Shown here in pieces: positions 14,101-29,711 of a DNA stretch of 64,000 nucleotides. The stretch's first letter is position 1. Each line of letters starts with the position of its first letter. The position numbers and the translations under genes are program-made. Origin of the DNA: Eledone cirrhosa (taxonomy: Eukaryota). Where the stretch lies: NCBI GenBank assembly GCA_964016885.1, contig OZ024755.1, positions 9,238,001 through 9,302,000 on the forward strand, given 5' to 3'. The notes below the pieces were generated by a model. It worked only from the letters and a program-made list of their open reading frames with translations, was not told the origin of the DNA and ran no database searches.

Positions 14101-14519
14101 TACAGTCATTGCATTGCATGTTATGCACGGATCCGTACCACCTGCGAGAGTCGTAAGGGCACTGTATTGACCTACAGCATTTCTAGGGCACTTTAAAACC
14201 TGGCGGAGTCCTTTCCAGGTCTGAATGCAGCAGATTTCTCCCAGAGAAAGAGATATAAAGGAAGAACCGACCCCAGTACATGACTGGCACTTTTTTATCG
14301 ACCTTGAATGAATGAAAAGTAAAGTTAACCTTGGTGGGATTTGAACTTAGAGAGTAGAGAGCCGAAAAAAATAACGCAAAACATTCTTTCCGACGTTCCG
14401 ACGCAGCCTATAACTATACTCATTACCAATAAAACATGAAAAATAAAATAGTAAGAAGTTAATACTGTTATACTTTGGGAGGGTCGTGCTGCCGTCAATT
14501 ATAGCCTAATTAGGTCTCT

Positions 14520-14930
14520 TGACAACTGGATTTCTTCTTGAGCCACCACCGTGAAACTTTGAACAGAGGAAGTCCTTCTACTGTCACTGTTATAATACAG
14601 TCTCGCTGTGATGCTGTTCATAAACCCAATACACCATTTATTCTTTTTAATTAGGAAAGTTGAAGGTTGTGTAAATGGCTCACAGGAAGACAGAAACAGC
14701 CCCATAACACATTGAATTTTTCTGGATGATCTTAAACTATATGGCCGTGATAGATCTGCGAAAAAAGAAACCACTACACCGAACATATGCGAAGTCTACT
14801 CTTACCCCAGCTGGATTATAGCTTTAGATTTATGCCAATAAATTTAGAGAAATTAGTCCTGTAACCAACTGCCACAGCATTAATGGTGAGACCTGTAAAA
14901 GACAAAGTTTATCAGGAATTTACAGCAAAA
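14520..14930 (+). pseudogene. Decayed Dong/R4-type reverse transcriptase fragment
   Basis: Frame starting 14641 reads FFLIRKVEGCVNGSQEDRNSPITH*IFLDDLKLYGRD, the catalytic F/YxDD motif in ITHLxFxDDLKLY context. Confidence 0.65.
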
Positions 14931-15142
14931 AAACCATTAATTGTAAAGCGAAAATATGTGAAAATAAACTAACATTCCAGTTAAACCTTGTAATAAGTGT
15001 ATATACATACATGTGTAGAAATGCAAACATGAATATTTACACTCCCATAAATCAAAATACACAGATTCATTCATGCAATTACATCCTGCTAACACATATA
15101 TATAAGTATTCATATACATACATGTGCACAAACGTACGTGTG

Positions 15143-15173
<31 letters not shown>

Positions 15174-15285
15174 ACACCCAGTTGGTGTTGTCTAAATTCG
15201 AATGTACGAGTCTTGTTTCTGGGTTAGTATCCGGCTCTTCCTTCATTGTGGTGAGAAATTTGAAAAATAAAACTGGTACAAGAGC

Positions 15286-15362
<77 letters not shown>

Positions 15363-16140
15363 ACACAAACACACACGGACATGGACACACACATACGTAC
15401 ATACAAACATATATATATAGATATACATATATATATATATATATGTGTGTGTGTATGTATGTATGTATGCATGTATATATATATACGTATATGTGAATAT
15501 ATATGTAGTACACGTGTACATTTATGAATGAATATTAACATATGTTAGCAATTGTAACTTAATTATGAAATTTTTTCCCTAAGTAATCGCTTCGCCGCTC
15601 TTGTTTCATTCATTCATTGAATCAAGCTCAGACAAACACTCACACACACAAACACCAACATACACACATGGAGGTCGACACAAAAGATGCATATTTATAT
15701 ATATATTAATGTGACCCTATCAAAATCCAGTTTACATGAAAAGTCGAAGTTACTATACTTTAACAAATAATTACTTAACTTTTCATTTCATTTTTTCGTG
15801 TCTTTATTCAGCTAATAAACGCCTTTATTCATCATATATAGATTTTCAATACCAGAAACACGTGTATATGGTATGGGCCGTTTCAACTCCTGGATGATGT
15901 GTCTTGGCGGAGCCAATCCATCTCCAGCCCAGAAGATAACTTATTTCTTCCAGAGAGAGAGGGGGGGGAGAGAAAGAGAGAGAAGGTGAGTGAGAGAGGA
16001 AGAGAATGCCACTTAAAAAAACCTTTGAGTTCTGCAAATTATTGTTAATAAGTTGAATATAAACTTAGACTACATAGGGTAACAATATATGCAAGCTAAT
16101 ACTTAGATAAACCCACGCGTCTTGTAAATACACACACACA

Positions 16141-16172
<32 letters not shown>

Positions 16173-16182
16173 CATATGTATA

Positions 16183-16237
<55 letters not shown>

Positions 16238-16242
16238 GTATA

Positions 16243-16285
<43 letters not shown>

Positions 16286-16286
16286 G

Positions 16287-16326
<40 letters not shown>

Positions 16327-16337
16327 CATATATATAC

Positions 16338-16541
<204 letters not shown>

Positions 16542-18457
16542 GAATTAGCATTGCATTGATTCACTTTCATTTATGAGGGTGGTTGGGAGAATGTTTCGTC
16601 AATCTTCATCAGTGTGTCTAACCCCAATGACGATTGGATAATGGACATATCGTAACCTTCCGCAGACAGAACACACTCAATACTAGGTTAATAGTCCGTC
16701 AAATCTCTACTTTACTACTCTAAAAACAATAAATCTTCTTCTCACAAAGGCAACTACGTAATAAGGTAAAGTAGTTTAGCGCATCGCTGAAGACTTTGTT
16801 GTTTAAACTTCCGAGTGGTGGGTCTTTTTAAAGGGTTACCACCGCCTATGAGCTGTAGCAACTATTAGGCTAATAATGAAAAGTAAACAAATGTTATATC
16901 AACAGGAAGAATATAGAATTGTGGCAAATAATAATACTAGTAGCTAACATCAACAAGATCAAGAATATTAAAATAATATGACCAAAACAATAAAATAAAG
17001 TATAACGTCAGAGACAATACAATAACAGCAAACGAAACCACAATAGTGTGAGCGAAAACAGTAAAAATAGCTTTAAAAATGTCAGCAACAACAGCAATAA
17101 TAATAATAATATTAACAATAATAATAGTAATAATAGTAATAATAATAACAATGATAGTATGAGAAAAGTCGTAGGGTTGAGATAAACTTTTGGCGACCTG
17201 ATTTTTATTCCTGGTTCTTGCCATTTCACATGATTATATTGGTTAGTATTCTTGAGAAAAGAATGAATGTTGCAAAAATTCATTCCCACCCCTTCATAGA
17301 ATTGAAGCCATCTCAATGTATAGAGGAGGTGAAGGAGACAAATGTGATTGAGTTGTTATTAATAGTGTTTTATGTAAAAGAATGGGTTTCCATATGTTTC
17401 GACGATGAGTATTCCAGTTGTTCGATCAAGGGAACAGTTTGCTCGTGAAATTGATTAAGGTCTAAGGTGGCTGGACATTCTTTCATAGTCACATGTGGAA
17501 TTAACGTACATCTTGGTGAAATTCAATACGACACAGTATGTAACAAGGCTGGTTCTTTTAATTGCATCCAACCCGCTTCCAAACAGTTTCTGCTAAAAGG
17601 TTTGGATCCAACCGGGGCTATGGTATATGACCCCCGGGCCCATATTATGCTTCAAAGTAACAATGAGATGAAGTTAGACCTCATATTTGATCTCTTTAAT
17701 ATTGGCCCTTGCATTTAGCCGATCGTGAGTTCAGACCAGGGAAACAATATTTCCATTGGTTTTTCCAATGCTGATACTATCTACAAGTCGCAGTTCCTGG
17801 CAGAAGGAGGTATGAAGTAAAGTGTTTTGCTCAATGTCTTAATGCATTGGCCGGTCCAGGAATTGAATTCACGATTTCATCATTGTGAATCCATCTCTTT
17901 CTAACCACTTTATTCTATATATCGGAAGATGAGCCTTCGATTAAAGGTATGATGCATTAGTTCAGCTTGGCTCCATGCTTCGACGTCAGTTACAGTTCCA
18001 CAGGGCCTGTCCAGCACAATATAGGAGATCTTGTTTTACGTACCATCCAGGTTACTTCTAACCGCTCATTCGAAAAACAATGAGAGACTCTACGGATTTA
18101 TAACTGTATAAATAAGTTCTTTCTTTTATTCCTTCCTCATGCATTTGTGATAACTTCAGTCACGAAGCCCCTTTTTTACTTCGCCAAATAGTTCTACCAA
18201 ACCGTTTTTCTGTCACCTACATTCTCCATATTCAACCTTCGACAATTGCAGGTACTATTGGCATAGTAGAAGCAAAGACTTGTACTTTTGTTACTGACAT
18301 TAAAAAGAAATCCCAGACTTATTTTAGTTTAGCATAAAATATGCGTATATGCGTGAGTGTGAGTGTGTGAGGGTTGTTATTGTTGTTGTTTGTGTTACCT
18401 AACGTGTCATTGGAATTTTCCACATTAGTGCTATTCTCTTGTTATTATAAATATCAT

Positions 18458-18741
18458 TGTTTGTTTGGTTGGTTGGTTGGTTGATTGTCTGGCTGGCTGG
18501 CTAATTTGTTGGTTGGATGGGTTGGTTGGCTGGTTGGTTAACTGGTTGACTTGCTGGTTGGTTTATTGGTTGATTGGTGTGTTGGTTAGTTGACTAGATG
18601 GCTGGCTGGATGGTTGGTTAGTTAGCTGGTTGGTTGGCTGGCTAGGTGGTTGGATGGCTGGCTGGCTGGCTGGTTGGTTAGTTAGCTGGTTGGTTGGCTG
18701 GCTAGGTGGTTGGGTGGTTAACTGACTGGCTGGTTTGTTGA
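18458..18741. repeat. (GGTT/GGCT)n tetranucleotide array with an internal block duplication
   Basis: Directly visible; GGTTGGTTAGTTAGCTGGTTGGTTGGCTGGCTAGGTGGTTGG occurs twice. Confidence 0.9.
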
Positions 18742-19058
18742 TTTTTTTTTATATGGTTAGTCTCTGTGAAGTTGTTTTCATTTTCAAAATATTTTTCTCT
18801 GATAGGACGTTTCTCTAACCAGAAAGTATTTTCAGCGAATGTAAACAAGAAAAAAAAATCTGTTAAAAAAATTGTGGTTTATTCTCCAAAACAGAGCGGG
18901 GAAAAAATTACAACAAACTTTTTTAATTTGTATGTATCAGCTCCACAAGAAAACATTGAAATATACACATTGTAAATCCAAACAGGAGCATTATATAACC
19001 ATGTTTTGCAAGTGAAAGATTTACTGCTACAAATAATAATAATAATAATAATAATAAT

Positions 19059-19150
19059 AATTGTTTCTACTTTAGGCACAATGCCAGCAATTACCCAGTG
19101 CATTACTGGTACTTTATTTTATCGATCCCGTAAGGATGAAAGGCAAAGTC
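19059..19150 (-). mobile_element. SINE family A, 5'-truncated, flanked by (AAT)n
   Basis: Matches the 3' half of family A. Confidence 0.85.
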
Positions 19151-19192
<42 letters not shown>

Positions 19193-19193
<1 letters not shown>

Positions 19194-20176
19194 TCTACAA
19201 CATGTTCCACAAGAGGAGTGATGTCGATAGACTCTACTTAAGGAGATCTGAAGGTGGAAGAGGTCTTATCAGCATAGAGGACTGTTCAGATGGAGAAAAA
19301 CAACCTACACAAATACGTGACTGATAGTAAGGAGCCAATGCTCAGAACTGTACTGAAGGAGAGGACAATAGACCAGGGGATGTCCAAGGAGGAAATAACA
19401 AGGAGAAAGAGCAGCCTTCATGAAAAATCCCTTCATAGTACCTTCTTTGAGAAAACTGAATTCAGAGATCCACAGACATGGAACTGGTTGAAAAGAGTCG
19501 ACCTTAAAAAGGCTACAGAAGGAATGTTAATGGCTGCGCAAGAGCAGGCCCTCAAAACGAAGTGGTTGAAACACGATATTTACAAGGAGGAGGCTAGCCC
19601 ACTGTGCAGGATCTGTGGAGATAGAGAGGAGACTGTGGCTCACATTGTATCCGAGTGTAAACACCTAGCCCAGACTCACTATAAGGGCTGGAGACATAAT
19701 GTGATGGGCAGGGTGATCCACTGGCACCTATTCAAAGTAAACAATTTACCACATTCTGAGAAGTGGTATGAGCATAAGCCAGAGTCGGTGATAGAAAACG
19801 ATCAGGTGAAGGTGCTGTGGGATTTTAGGATACAGACGGACAAGAAACTGGAACACAATAGACCTGACCTGGTGGTTTTGGACAAAGAAAAAAGATCGTG
19901 CCTGATTGTGGATGTGGCCTGCCCATTCGACACGAAAGTGCAAGAGAAAGAGAGGGAGAAAATTAACCAATACCAGGACTTAAAGTGGGAGGTAAAAAGG
20001 ATTTGGAACTGCCATGAAGTCAAAGTGGTCCCGATTGTCATAGGCGCACTAGGTACTATCTCAAAACGTTTCCAGGGATGGTTAAAGAAAATTGGCCCCA
20101 CCACGCTTTTTGGAACGCTTCAAAAGCATGCTTGCTGGGAACAGCAAGAACCCTCCGATACGTCCTGAATATATGA
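19193..20176 (+). pseudogene. Dong/R4 ORF C-terminus (RT thumb end, CCHC knuckle, restriction-like endonuclease), two frameshifts
   Basis: FHKRSDVDRLYLRRSEGGRGL; CRICGDREETVAHIVSEC; RHN; LWDFRIQTD...RPDLVVLD...DVACP...EKEREKINQYQDL. Frameshifts near 19290 and 20127; the shifted frame ends CLLGTARTLRYVLNI* at 20176. Confidence 0.9.
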
Positions 20177-20250
20177 GGCTGCAGGTAGTGGCTTGATATT
20201 CATTTCAACAAACTTTCCAGTTAACTAACATCAATGACTGAGACTCAAAG
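19193..20250 (+). mobile_element. 5'-truncated Dong/R4-clade non-LTR retrotransposon inserted after (AAT)n
   Basis: Starts right after (AAT)n 19151-19192; ORF remnant plus about 75-nt 3' UTR, followed by AAC/AAT/(AAG)n. Dong elements are known to target TAA repeats. Confidence 0.9.
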
Positions 20251-21590
20251 AACAATAACAAGAAGAAGAAGAAGAAGAAGAAGAAGAAGAAGAAGAAGAA
20301 GAAGAAGACGACTGAGAGGAGCAGGAGGAGAAGAAGAAGAAGAAGAAGAAGAAGAAGAAGAAGAAGAAGAAGAAGAAGAAGAAGAAGAAGAAGAAGAAGA
20401 AGATGTTTTTTTTAACAGCCAAGTACAACACAAGGGTTGGGTACATGTGGCCTGTAAAAATAAAATAACAAAAACATTGGATTATAAAAAGCAACAATGA
20501 AATGTCCCCAAGAAACTCCCTCAAAATTTGGTAAACTGTGATCATCAAGGCCTTATTTGAGACATTCACCCATCTTTCAACTAATCTACTGGGAAGATGG
20601 AAATAGCACATTGCTACTTTCCGCTTTCCTTGAAAAGGTTGATGAGATTTTTTGACGAAGAAAAATCTGTCAGTCATTCAACCGAATATGTCCTGCATGA
20701 GAGCTCATGGACAAAACTCCACAGATTATCATTACTCAGATACTAAATGGTTTCGTCGAAACCAGCGAAGGGTCATTCCACTTCGTATTTCTGAATGCAG
20801 CTGCAGAGCTAGAAGAAATTTGTCTGCTCGTTTTTAGAATGAAACTGTGACACTAGTGAGTTGATAATTTAGATATTTCTGTTTCATTTAATAACAGGCT
20901 CATCCTAACCGATTGTTTAACTCGTTTGATTTGACATCCTTAGATCCTGGGCTCGGTTCCACTGCATGTCAGTCGGAAATATTTGATGATTTAGAAGATT
21001 TATTTTATCATACCAAGGAGAAAATAAAATATCATTTAATCTTTTTTCATTGTTTAATCTTTGACATTTTCTTTTAAATTATTTTCTCTTTTAAAGTATT
21101 CCAAATCTAATTTGCCCTTCCTCATTTTATAAAAGAAACTACAATACAGTTGTAATAGAAAGTGGAGGATAAGAAAGAGGAGGAGGGGGATGGGGGAGGA
21201 CGGGGGGGGGGAGGAGGAGGAGGACAGATTTTATGTTATTTGTTTTTTTACTACTTAAATATAATTCAGGTTTTTGACAATCTTTAGTTTAACAATCCAG
21301 CTCTACATTATACGCGCACACACACACTCACACACACACTAACAAAAATACACAAATGTAGGCCAATACATAAATATATTATATATATGCATACACATAT
21401 GCATCAATAGACAAGAACAAACAGACACTAACAAGCACACGAATGCACCATCTTGAATCACTCTGGATATTATATTTAAATGGCGCCCAGCCAATCTTTC
21501 TTATTGCCATTGCCATCTCAGCCACATTTAACCAAAAGCTTTGTCGCTCTGCCAATGCCCCTCTCTCTCTCTTACTCTCAGGGTGTATAT

Positions 21591-21683
<93 letters not shown>

Positions 21684-21779
21684 GTTGAAAAAGATAGAAG
21701 GCTGAACAATGCAAAAATGGACTGTAAGATCAGATAACGAAAAGTAAAAGTTACCTGGTAATCTTTGTTTTGTTTTGTT

Positions 21780-22310
21780 TTGTTTTGTTCTTTTTTGTCG
21801 TTCTTCTTTTATCTGTCCAATATTTCGGGACCTAAAAGTCCCTTCATCAGGATTTAAGGAACCTTCATTGGATAACATTCCAATTTCCTCTCTTTGGATA
21901 TATATACATATAAGTCATTTAAAAGAAATCAAGTGTTTAATCTGTATAATCATTATGTATATTTAATAATTCAAATAGAGCAAGAAGGTGTTACTTAAAT
22001 CATTATGATGTAAAATTAATTGTTCATCTATATTTACACCCTCTTAATCTTTCTATCGACTTATATGTTTTTCCAAAAATATTTCTGTTGGTATTTGAAA
22101 AGCGAGGCTTGTTTCTTCAATTCAGATTTCCTTTTAACCAATTAATCTTCTTATATGAGAATTAACTTACACCGTGTGACACTTTACAACGGCTTATTTT
22201 CTAATATATATTTAAGGAATTTCTTCTGGATATTTTTTCCAGAATGTACTATTTATACGAACGATTTAAGTAGGGGCGCTTTAAATTAGTATAGTTTATG
22301 ATCAACATAT
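21780..22310 (-). mobile_element. Decayed Penelope-like element 3' end (GIY-YIG C-terminus plus hammerhead)
   Basis: Minus strand gives KISRCKV...LVKRKSELKKQ...QQKYFWKNI*, like the PLE C-terminal C.LC...LNKRSEL...KY.L.N, followed by a hammerhead-like motif. Confidence 0.5.
21811..21853 (-). ncRNA. Hammerhead-like motif with degenerate cleavage site
   Basis: AUC-CUGAUGA-A-GGGAC(UUUUAG)GUCCC-GAAA-UAUUGGACA-GAU; core and stem II intact but no proper NUH triplet. Confidence 0.55.
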
Positions 22311-22399
22311 GCTTTGCATCTATAATATTATCCTGATTTAAAAGAAACAAATTCATTTTTGTCAACCTAAGATTTCATTTTATTCCGTCTGAGGAAATG

Positions 22400-22740
22400 A
22401 TCTAGTTTGGAAGCAGGCTCGCAATCATGACGCCCGTGTTCGATCACATAGTGTTATATCTCGGGCAACTGCCTTTACCATATTCTCGGGGTGGAACAAC
22501 CCTTGTGAGTGAAATGTGGTAGACATACACTGTATGGGAACCCGTCACATCGATTGTAGCTGACATAATGTGTGATAAGATCAGCTCTTTCGATTATAGA
22601 GGCAACGTATTTATTCCAGTTGAGTGAACTAGACCAACTTGAAATAAAGTGCATTGCCCAAGAACATAATGCACCAACTGGAATCAAATTCACCACCCTC
22701 CGATCGTGATCCAAACACCCAAACCACTAAGCCACATACA
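22400..22740. mobile_element. Two old tRNA/CORE-type SINEs (+ 22400-22548, - 22600-22740)
   Basis: GTTCGATC B box, GGGCAACTGCC CORE-like motif, CTTGTGAGTGAAATGTGGTAGAC tail; the opposite-strand copy has AAATAAAGTGCATTGCCCAAG. Confidence 0.55.
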
Positions 22741-22754
22741 TTCTCTCATTCCTT

Positions 22755-22955
22755 GTCGGCTGAAAAATTCGAAGTTCAGAGGCTGACCAAGATACTCCTT
22801 TGGGTTGGCCAAATGAGGTTTATTTTACAACATAGCCCCTGGAAGGAAGCAATGTAGTTATCAATAAGAAGAGTTGAAATTAATGATGCAAGATTTCACA
22901 GCTCTAGCATCATTCCTTCATAGTCAGCTTATGAACTTTTCAGTCGGCCCTCGTA
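22755..22955. mobile_element. Tc1/mariner-type MITE remnant
   Basis: Right TIR GTCAGCTTATGAACTTTTCAGTCGGCCCTCG-TA; partial left TIR GTCGGCTGAAAA...GTTCAGAGGCTGAC. Confidence 0.65.
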
Positions 22956-23574
22956 CATCCTCGGTCTTGCACTTAACATTATAACACCCATTATTTTCTA
23001 CCCAGATCTAAATCTCACTGGAACACTTTCCACCCTTGTTTTCTCCTTAGTAATTGACTTTGGTTATTAATTGTATAAATTATACCCGCATATCATTACC
23101 GGATGTCTGGGAAAGATACGAATATTTCCATTCCTTTACCAATGAAATTGTTACAAAAAAATAGATTGTGGGTTCAAAATGCTTTCTCGAATCTTCTTAC
23201 GTGAAATGAGGTTACTATATTTGGAGTAAAAATTAAAATAAATCTCTATTTAGTGTCCACCCAAATATAACTGTAAATGTCTCACATTGTTTAATATAAT
23301 GCGTAACACGATAATGGCTGATATTAAATGTTAAACCTCGAAAATTGGGAACGAAATAGGGATGTGGAATATATAATAATAATATATAATAAATATTCAA
23401 TAATTTCTTTTTCTAGCTTTCAATTTATATACTACTGGGATATTTTAATACTAAATTTAACACATGAGCAAAAATAGACTGAAACTAATGCTGGACCACA
23501 CATGTTCAAGAGTTCTTTGTAACTTCTGAAGGGCGAGGAAAGTGCTAGTACTACTGCTACTACACACACACACA

Positions 23575-23640
<66 letters not shown>

Positions 23641-23700
23641 TATAATAATATTATTATTATTATTATTATTTGAACATAAAGCAAGGTAAATGAAATAATG

Positions 23701-23764
<64 letters not shown>

Positions 23765-24176
23765 TTTCTTTATTGGCCACAAGGGCTGACATCAAGAAAA
23801 ACATTACAGACGGCACAGGACGGCACAGGACGGTACGATGTTGGTTTTGTGATTGTAAATATGTTTATTATTTATATAAGAAAAGAAAAAAGACATAGAA
23901 ACATATATATATATATATAAACAATCAAATGATTCCTGGTTTACTCTCTCTGCACGAGGTGCAAAAAATTGTTTTGACTGGTTCTGCACACGTATTGAGA
24001 AGAGCACTATCTCTGTAAGATTGATATCCCTCCTTGTATTTGCATATGCATATGTGTATATATGTATACTGTTTTTTTTTTGTTGTTTTTTTATTATAAT
24101 CAATGTGCTGTATTAACTGGCTTACCAATGCACACTGTGAATTTATTTGCCCTAGGTGTCAGGAAGAGCAAATATT

Positions 24177-25370
<1,194 letters not shown>

Positions 25371-26135
25371 TGTGAATGTATGAATACATTTGTATCAGTA
25401 TGAATTAAGCTGTAGGAGAAAAAAATGGAAAGTGATATCATAATCAGTTTCCAAGTACCTACCGATGTAGTCTAATCCGTTGACTTCTTTATGACATATT
25501 ACACTTGGATAGTCTTCTAGGTTCGGATTTCATCTTCTTTCCTTCTCTATTACCTTCTCTTCTTCATTCATTTATTTGTGCCTCTCGTATTAGTAAATTA
25601 ACCGAATAAATGATATTATGATGGATTGCCTGATGTCATATATCAACACAACGTAACTTAAGTCTCCTTCTAACGATATGCAAGATTTAACTAGCTTAAT
25701 CATGAAACAACGGTTCAATCAAATTACGCAAAAATTAGCTTTGTAATCCACTTCTCAAACTCATCAAGAAATAATGTCTGTTTGCCACAAACCTACCTCA
25801 ATTCTTCAGCATAACTTGAACCCCATGAGTCTAATAAACCTCTCAGACCGTATTATATTTTCATTATTATATATATATATGAGTATATATATAAATATAT
25901 GAATGTATATATATATGTGTGTGTGTGTGTATATATATATGTTATATATCATTATAAAATAATTATGTATATATATGGATACATTATATAACTAAATATG
26001 TATGTGTGTGGGCGCGTGTGTGGCCCTTCATGCTGAACATTTTATACACACACACACACTCATTCTCACTCTCGCACACACACACATAAACACATCTTTC
26101 TCTCTCTCCCTCTCTACATATATTTATATATATAT

Positions 26136-26202
<67 letters not shown>

Positions 26203-26455
26203 TAGAGATATATATATATACATTAAATATATATATATGTATATATATATATTTATACATGATATATATATGTATATATATATATATATAAGTTAAAACA
26301 ATGAAATAAAAAATCAAGTCATTAGAGATATACTTCACTGCTTTACGATCGTTTCTAGGTGATGATATGTATATATATATATATATATATTCATACATGA
26401 TATATATATATATTTATTTATACATGATATATATATATATATATATAATATATAT

Positions 26456-26506
<51 letters not shown>

Positions 26507-26883
26507 ACCTGATATCTAAGAAATAATCTTTTCCTAAACTACACAGTCATATCTCTATCTATAGAACCGTTTTCAAGTCTCGTTGAGTAGTTGATAAATA
26601 TATTTCTTCTTTACGTATACGGAACTAATCTGAAGTAGCTACGTTTCACAGAAAAGACGAGCAACCATAAAACACAGATAGCAAGGCATTAAAATAATTT
26701 GCCTAACAAAGATATACAATAAAACATATGTAGAGGATTTGGAATCACCTCCCATAAGCTGATAGTCTAATTAATTACCCTATAAACTCATCCATTTCAT
26801 CTCAACTGCCAATTATAAGGTGGCTGCAAACAATATATATATATATATACATACATACATACATACATATATACATAAATATA

Positions 26884-26915
<32 letters not shown>

Positions 26916-27034
26916 CACTGTATATATATATTATATGTGTGTATATATATGTACTGTATATATATATATATATTCAGTGTATATATATAGTCCAGAAATA
27001 GCCGTCGAAACGGCTTGAGCTCTGCCGTCGGGGG

Positions 27035-27121
<87 letters not shown>

Positions 27122-27123
27122 CA

Positions 27124-27191
<68 letters not shown>

Positions 27192-27240
27192 GTGTGTTTA
27201 TATATATATATGTGTATATATATATATATATGTGTGTATG

Positions 27241-27272
<32 letters not shown>

Positions 27273-27301
27273 TATACATGTATATATATATATATATACA
27301 C

Positions 27302-27411
<110 letters not shown>

Positions 27412-27443
27412 TATATATATATATATACATATATATATATACA

Positions 27444-27499
<56 letters not shown>

Positions 27500-28359
27500 C
27501 GAGAAAGAGAGACAGGGGGATAGTGAGAGAGAGAATAGTTTTAATAAAGGAAAGGGACCACGAGGAGATGAAATAAGGTACTCAATAGATTAGTAGTGTA
27601 TTTACATTTCAGATAGAAAATACTTCCACAAAACTACAATTTTTTCGTTAGTGTGTATGTGTGTGCCTATATATATATATGTGTGTGTGTGCATACATAT
27701 ATATTTATATAGATATGTGTATATATATATATATATGTATATATGTGTGTGTATATATATATATGTGTGTGTCTGTATGTGTATGTGGGTGGGTGTATAT
27801 ATATACATTTATATATTTGCATAAACATATATATATACATAAACAAATACATATATACCTATATATATATACACTTATACATACATATATATTATTCACA
27901 TAAACAAAACGCATATATATATATATATATATATATAACATGCCATACTTGAATAAACTTTCGGCTTATACGATGCCAAAGTTGAAATTTCAGAATATGC
28001 TTTTAAGGGGCTCACCATATGAAACTTAATATATATATATTGTGGGTTATCACTATACTTTTAACTAATTAACAGAATTTTATTTTATTTCTGACGTGCT
28101 ACGTTCATATACCTAATGGTATTATTTTCCAATTATTTCTTTATTTATTTATTTTAGACGTGTGGAAGATATATTATATCGTTTATGTAACTTTGTAAAC
28201 CAATAGTTATTTTTTTATTTATTTATGTATGTAATTATATTAACACATCCGTCTCTACAAAGAATATTTTTCGTAGTTTCTAATATTTTTCACGTGTTCT
28301 TTGCTTCAGAGACAGATGGGGAGTTGGCAGAGTTGTTCTCATGTCAGTTTAAATTCCTC

Positions 28360-28392
<33 letters not shown>

Positions 28393-29711
28393 TTTTGTTC
28401 CGGCTTTCTGTGCTCTGAGATCAAATCCCGCCGAGGTCATTTTGGCCTTTGATCCTTTTGAGGGCGTTACCGGTCAGTTACTGCTGTTGATAATCCATCT
28501 AACTCTCTTTATTCTTTTCTCTCGCTCCCTTTACTTCTCTGAAAGAAATTGGCTATGTTCAAACCTGGAAAGGAGCGGGCTACACTCGGTTATATTTATT
28601 TACAGATGTCCTCCGTAAGAATTAACCTGTGCCTAAACTATTCCAACGATGACGTGGCAAAATTGAGTAGCAAGGGGTGAAATTAAGAAAGAGACACAGT
28701 TTAATGTTGAGGGGTGTGTTAATTTAGAGATATTGAGTGGAGAGCAGGTGAGTATATTGTGCGCAAATGCTATACAGTTGCTGAACAGAAGATTTCATAG
28801 TAGTGATAGAAGAATGAGATATTTGGCGATGGGTTACAGTGGACCTCCAACCACAAGCACTCATATTTTAGAATAGCTTAATCTATAGCAGTATTTATTG
28901 CCGTGTAATGTTCACTGCCGCAATGGAAGCGTCTTCCAAGGAAACTCCTGAATACCTGGACATACATGTCTTGGATTTCACAGAAGGTGGAGATATACAG
29001 TAAACTACCTGCAGATGTATATACAGAGGTTGCTTGCATGAGAACCTTCGTAGATGGTGTAAACGGTGAGGTGATAACTCGAAAATATGGACTGGGATGA
29101 TCGGGTTTGGATTTTGAACTGCTATCTGGTCTTCGTATATATTGTGCCCGTCGTTGGATCGTGGGGGGTTGACTATCTCGGTGATGGGCGTCTGTGATTG
29201 CCCTGTTTAAGCGGTCCCTGGTCGTGACACTGGATTCTCTGATTGAACACCGACAAAAGTTCAAGAAGTGAGGAAAACGAAACTGTGCACCTCTGGTCCA
29301 GTGGTTATAGCATTTTTTGTAAGTGAACCTTTTCCAATAACATGAAGATATATTTATTGTGCTATAGACAACATAAGAATGGAATTCTTGAGGAACAACA
29401 GCAGCAATATTTCGTATGTGATCAGTACTCTAATACTGGTCACGTTTGAGCTTAGCTTTATATTGGTTCAAAAAGAAATTGGTAGTGCAGTGTTTTCTGG
29501 TCCTAAAAAGGAAGTCTAATATTTATGTGTGTAGATTTTGCAACATTACGAGTTGTGAGGTCACCATGGAAGATAGCCAAAGTTTTTAACTTCTTGGAGA
29601 ATTGTATATATATATAGAGAGAGAGAGAGGTGTGTGTCTGTGTGTGTGTGTGCTTGCATGGCTCTATGTATGCGTGTGGGGGAGAGAGAAAGAGAAGAAA
29701 AGAGATTGTCT

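Noticed and set aside
20234-20500. Poly-Arg/poly-Glu ORF
   Set aside because: Translation of an (AAG)n microsatellite.
28085-28135. Minus-strand ACGUagcACGUC stem III with an upstream hairpin; similar partial motifs near 6400-6450, 23525-23550 and 38045-38085
   Set aside because: Each lacks at least two of core, GAAA and stem I; such partial matches are expected by chance in AT-rich DNA.
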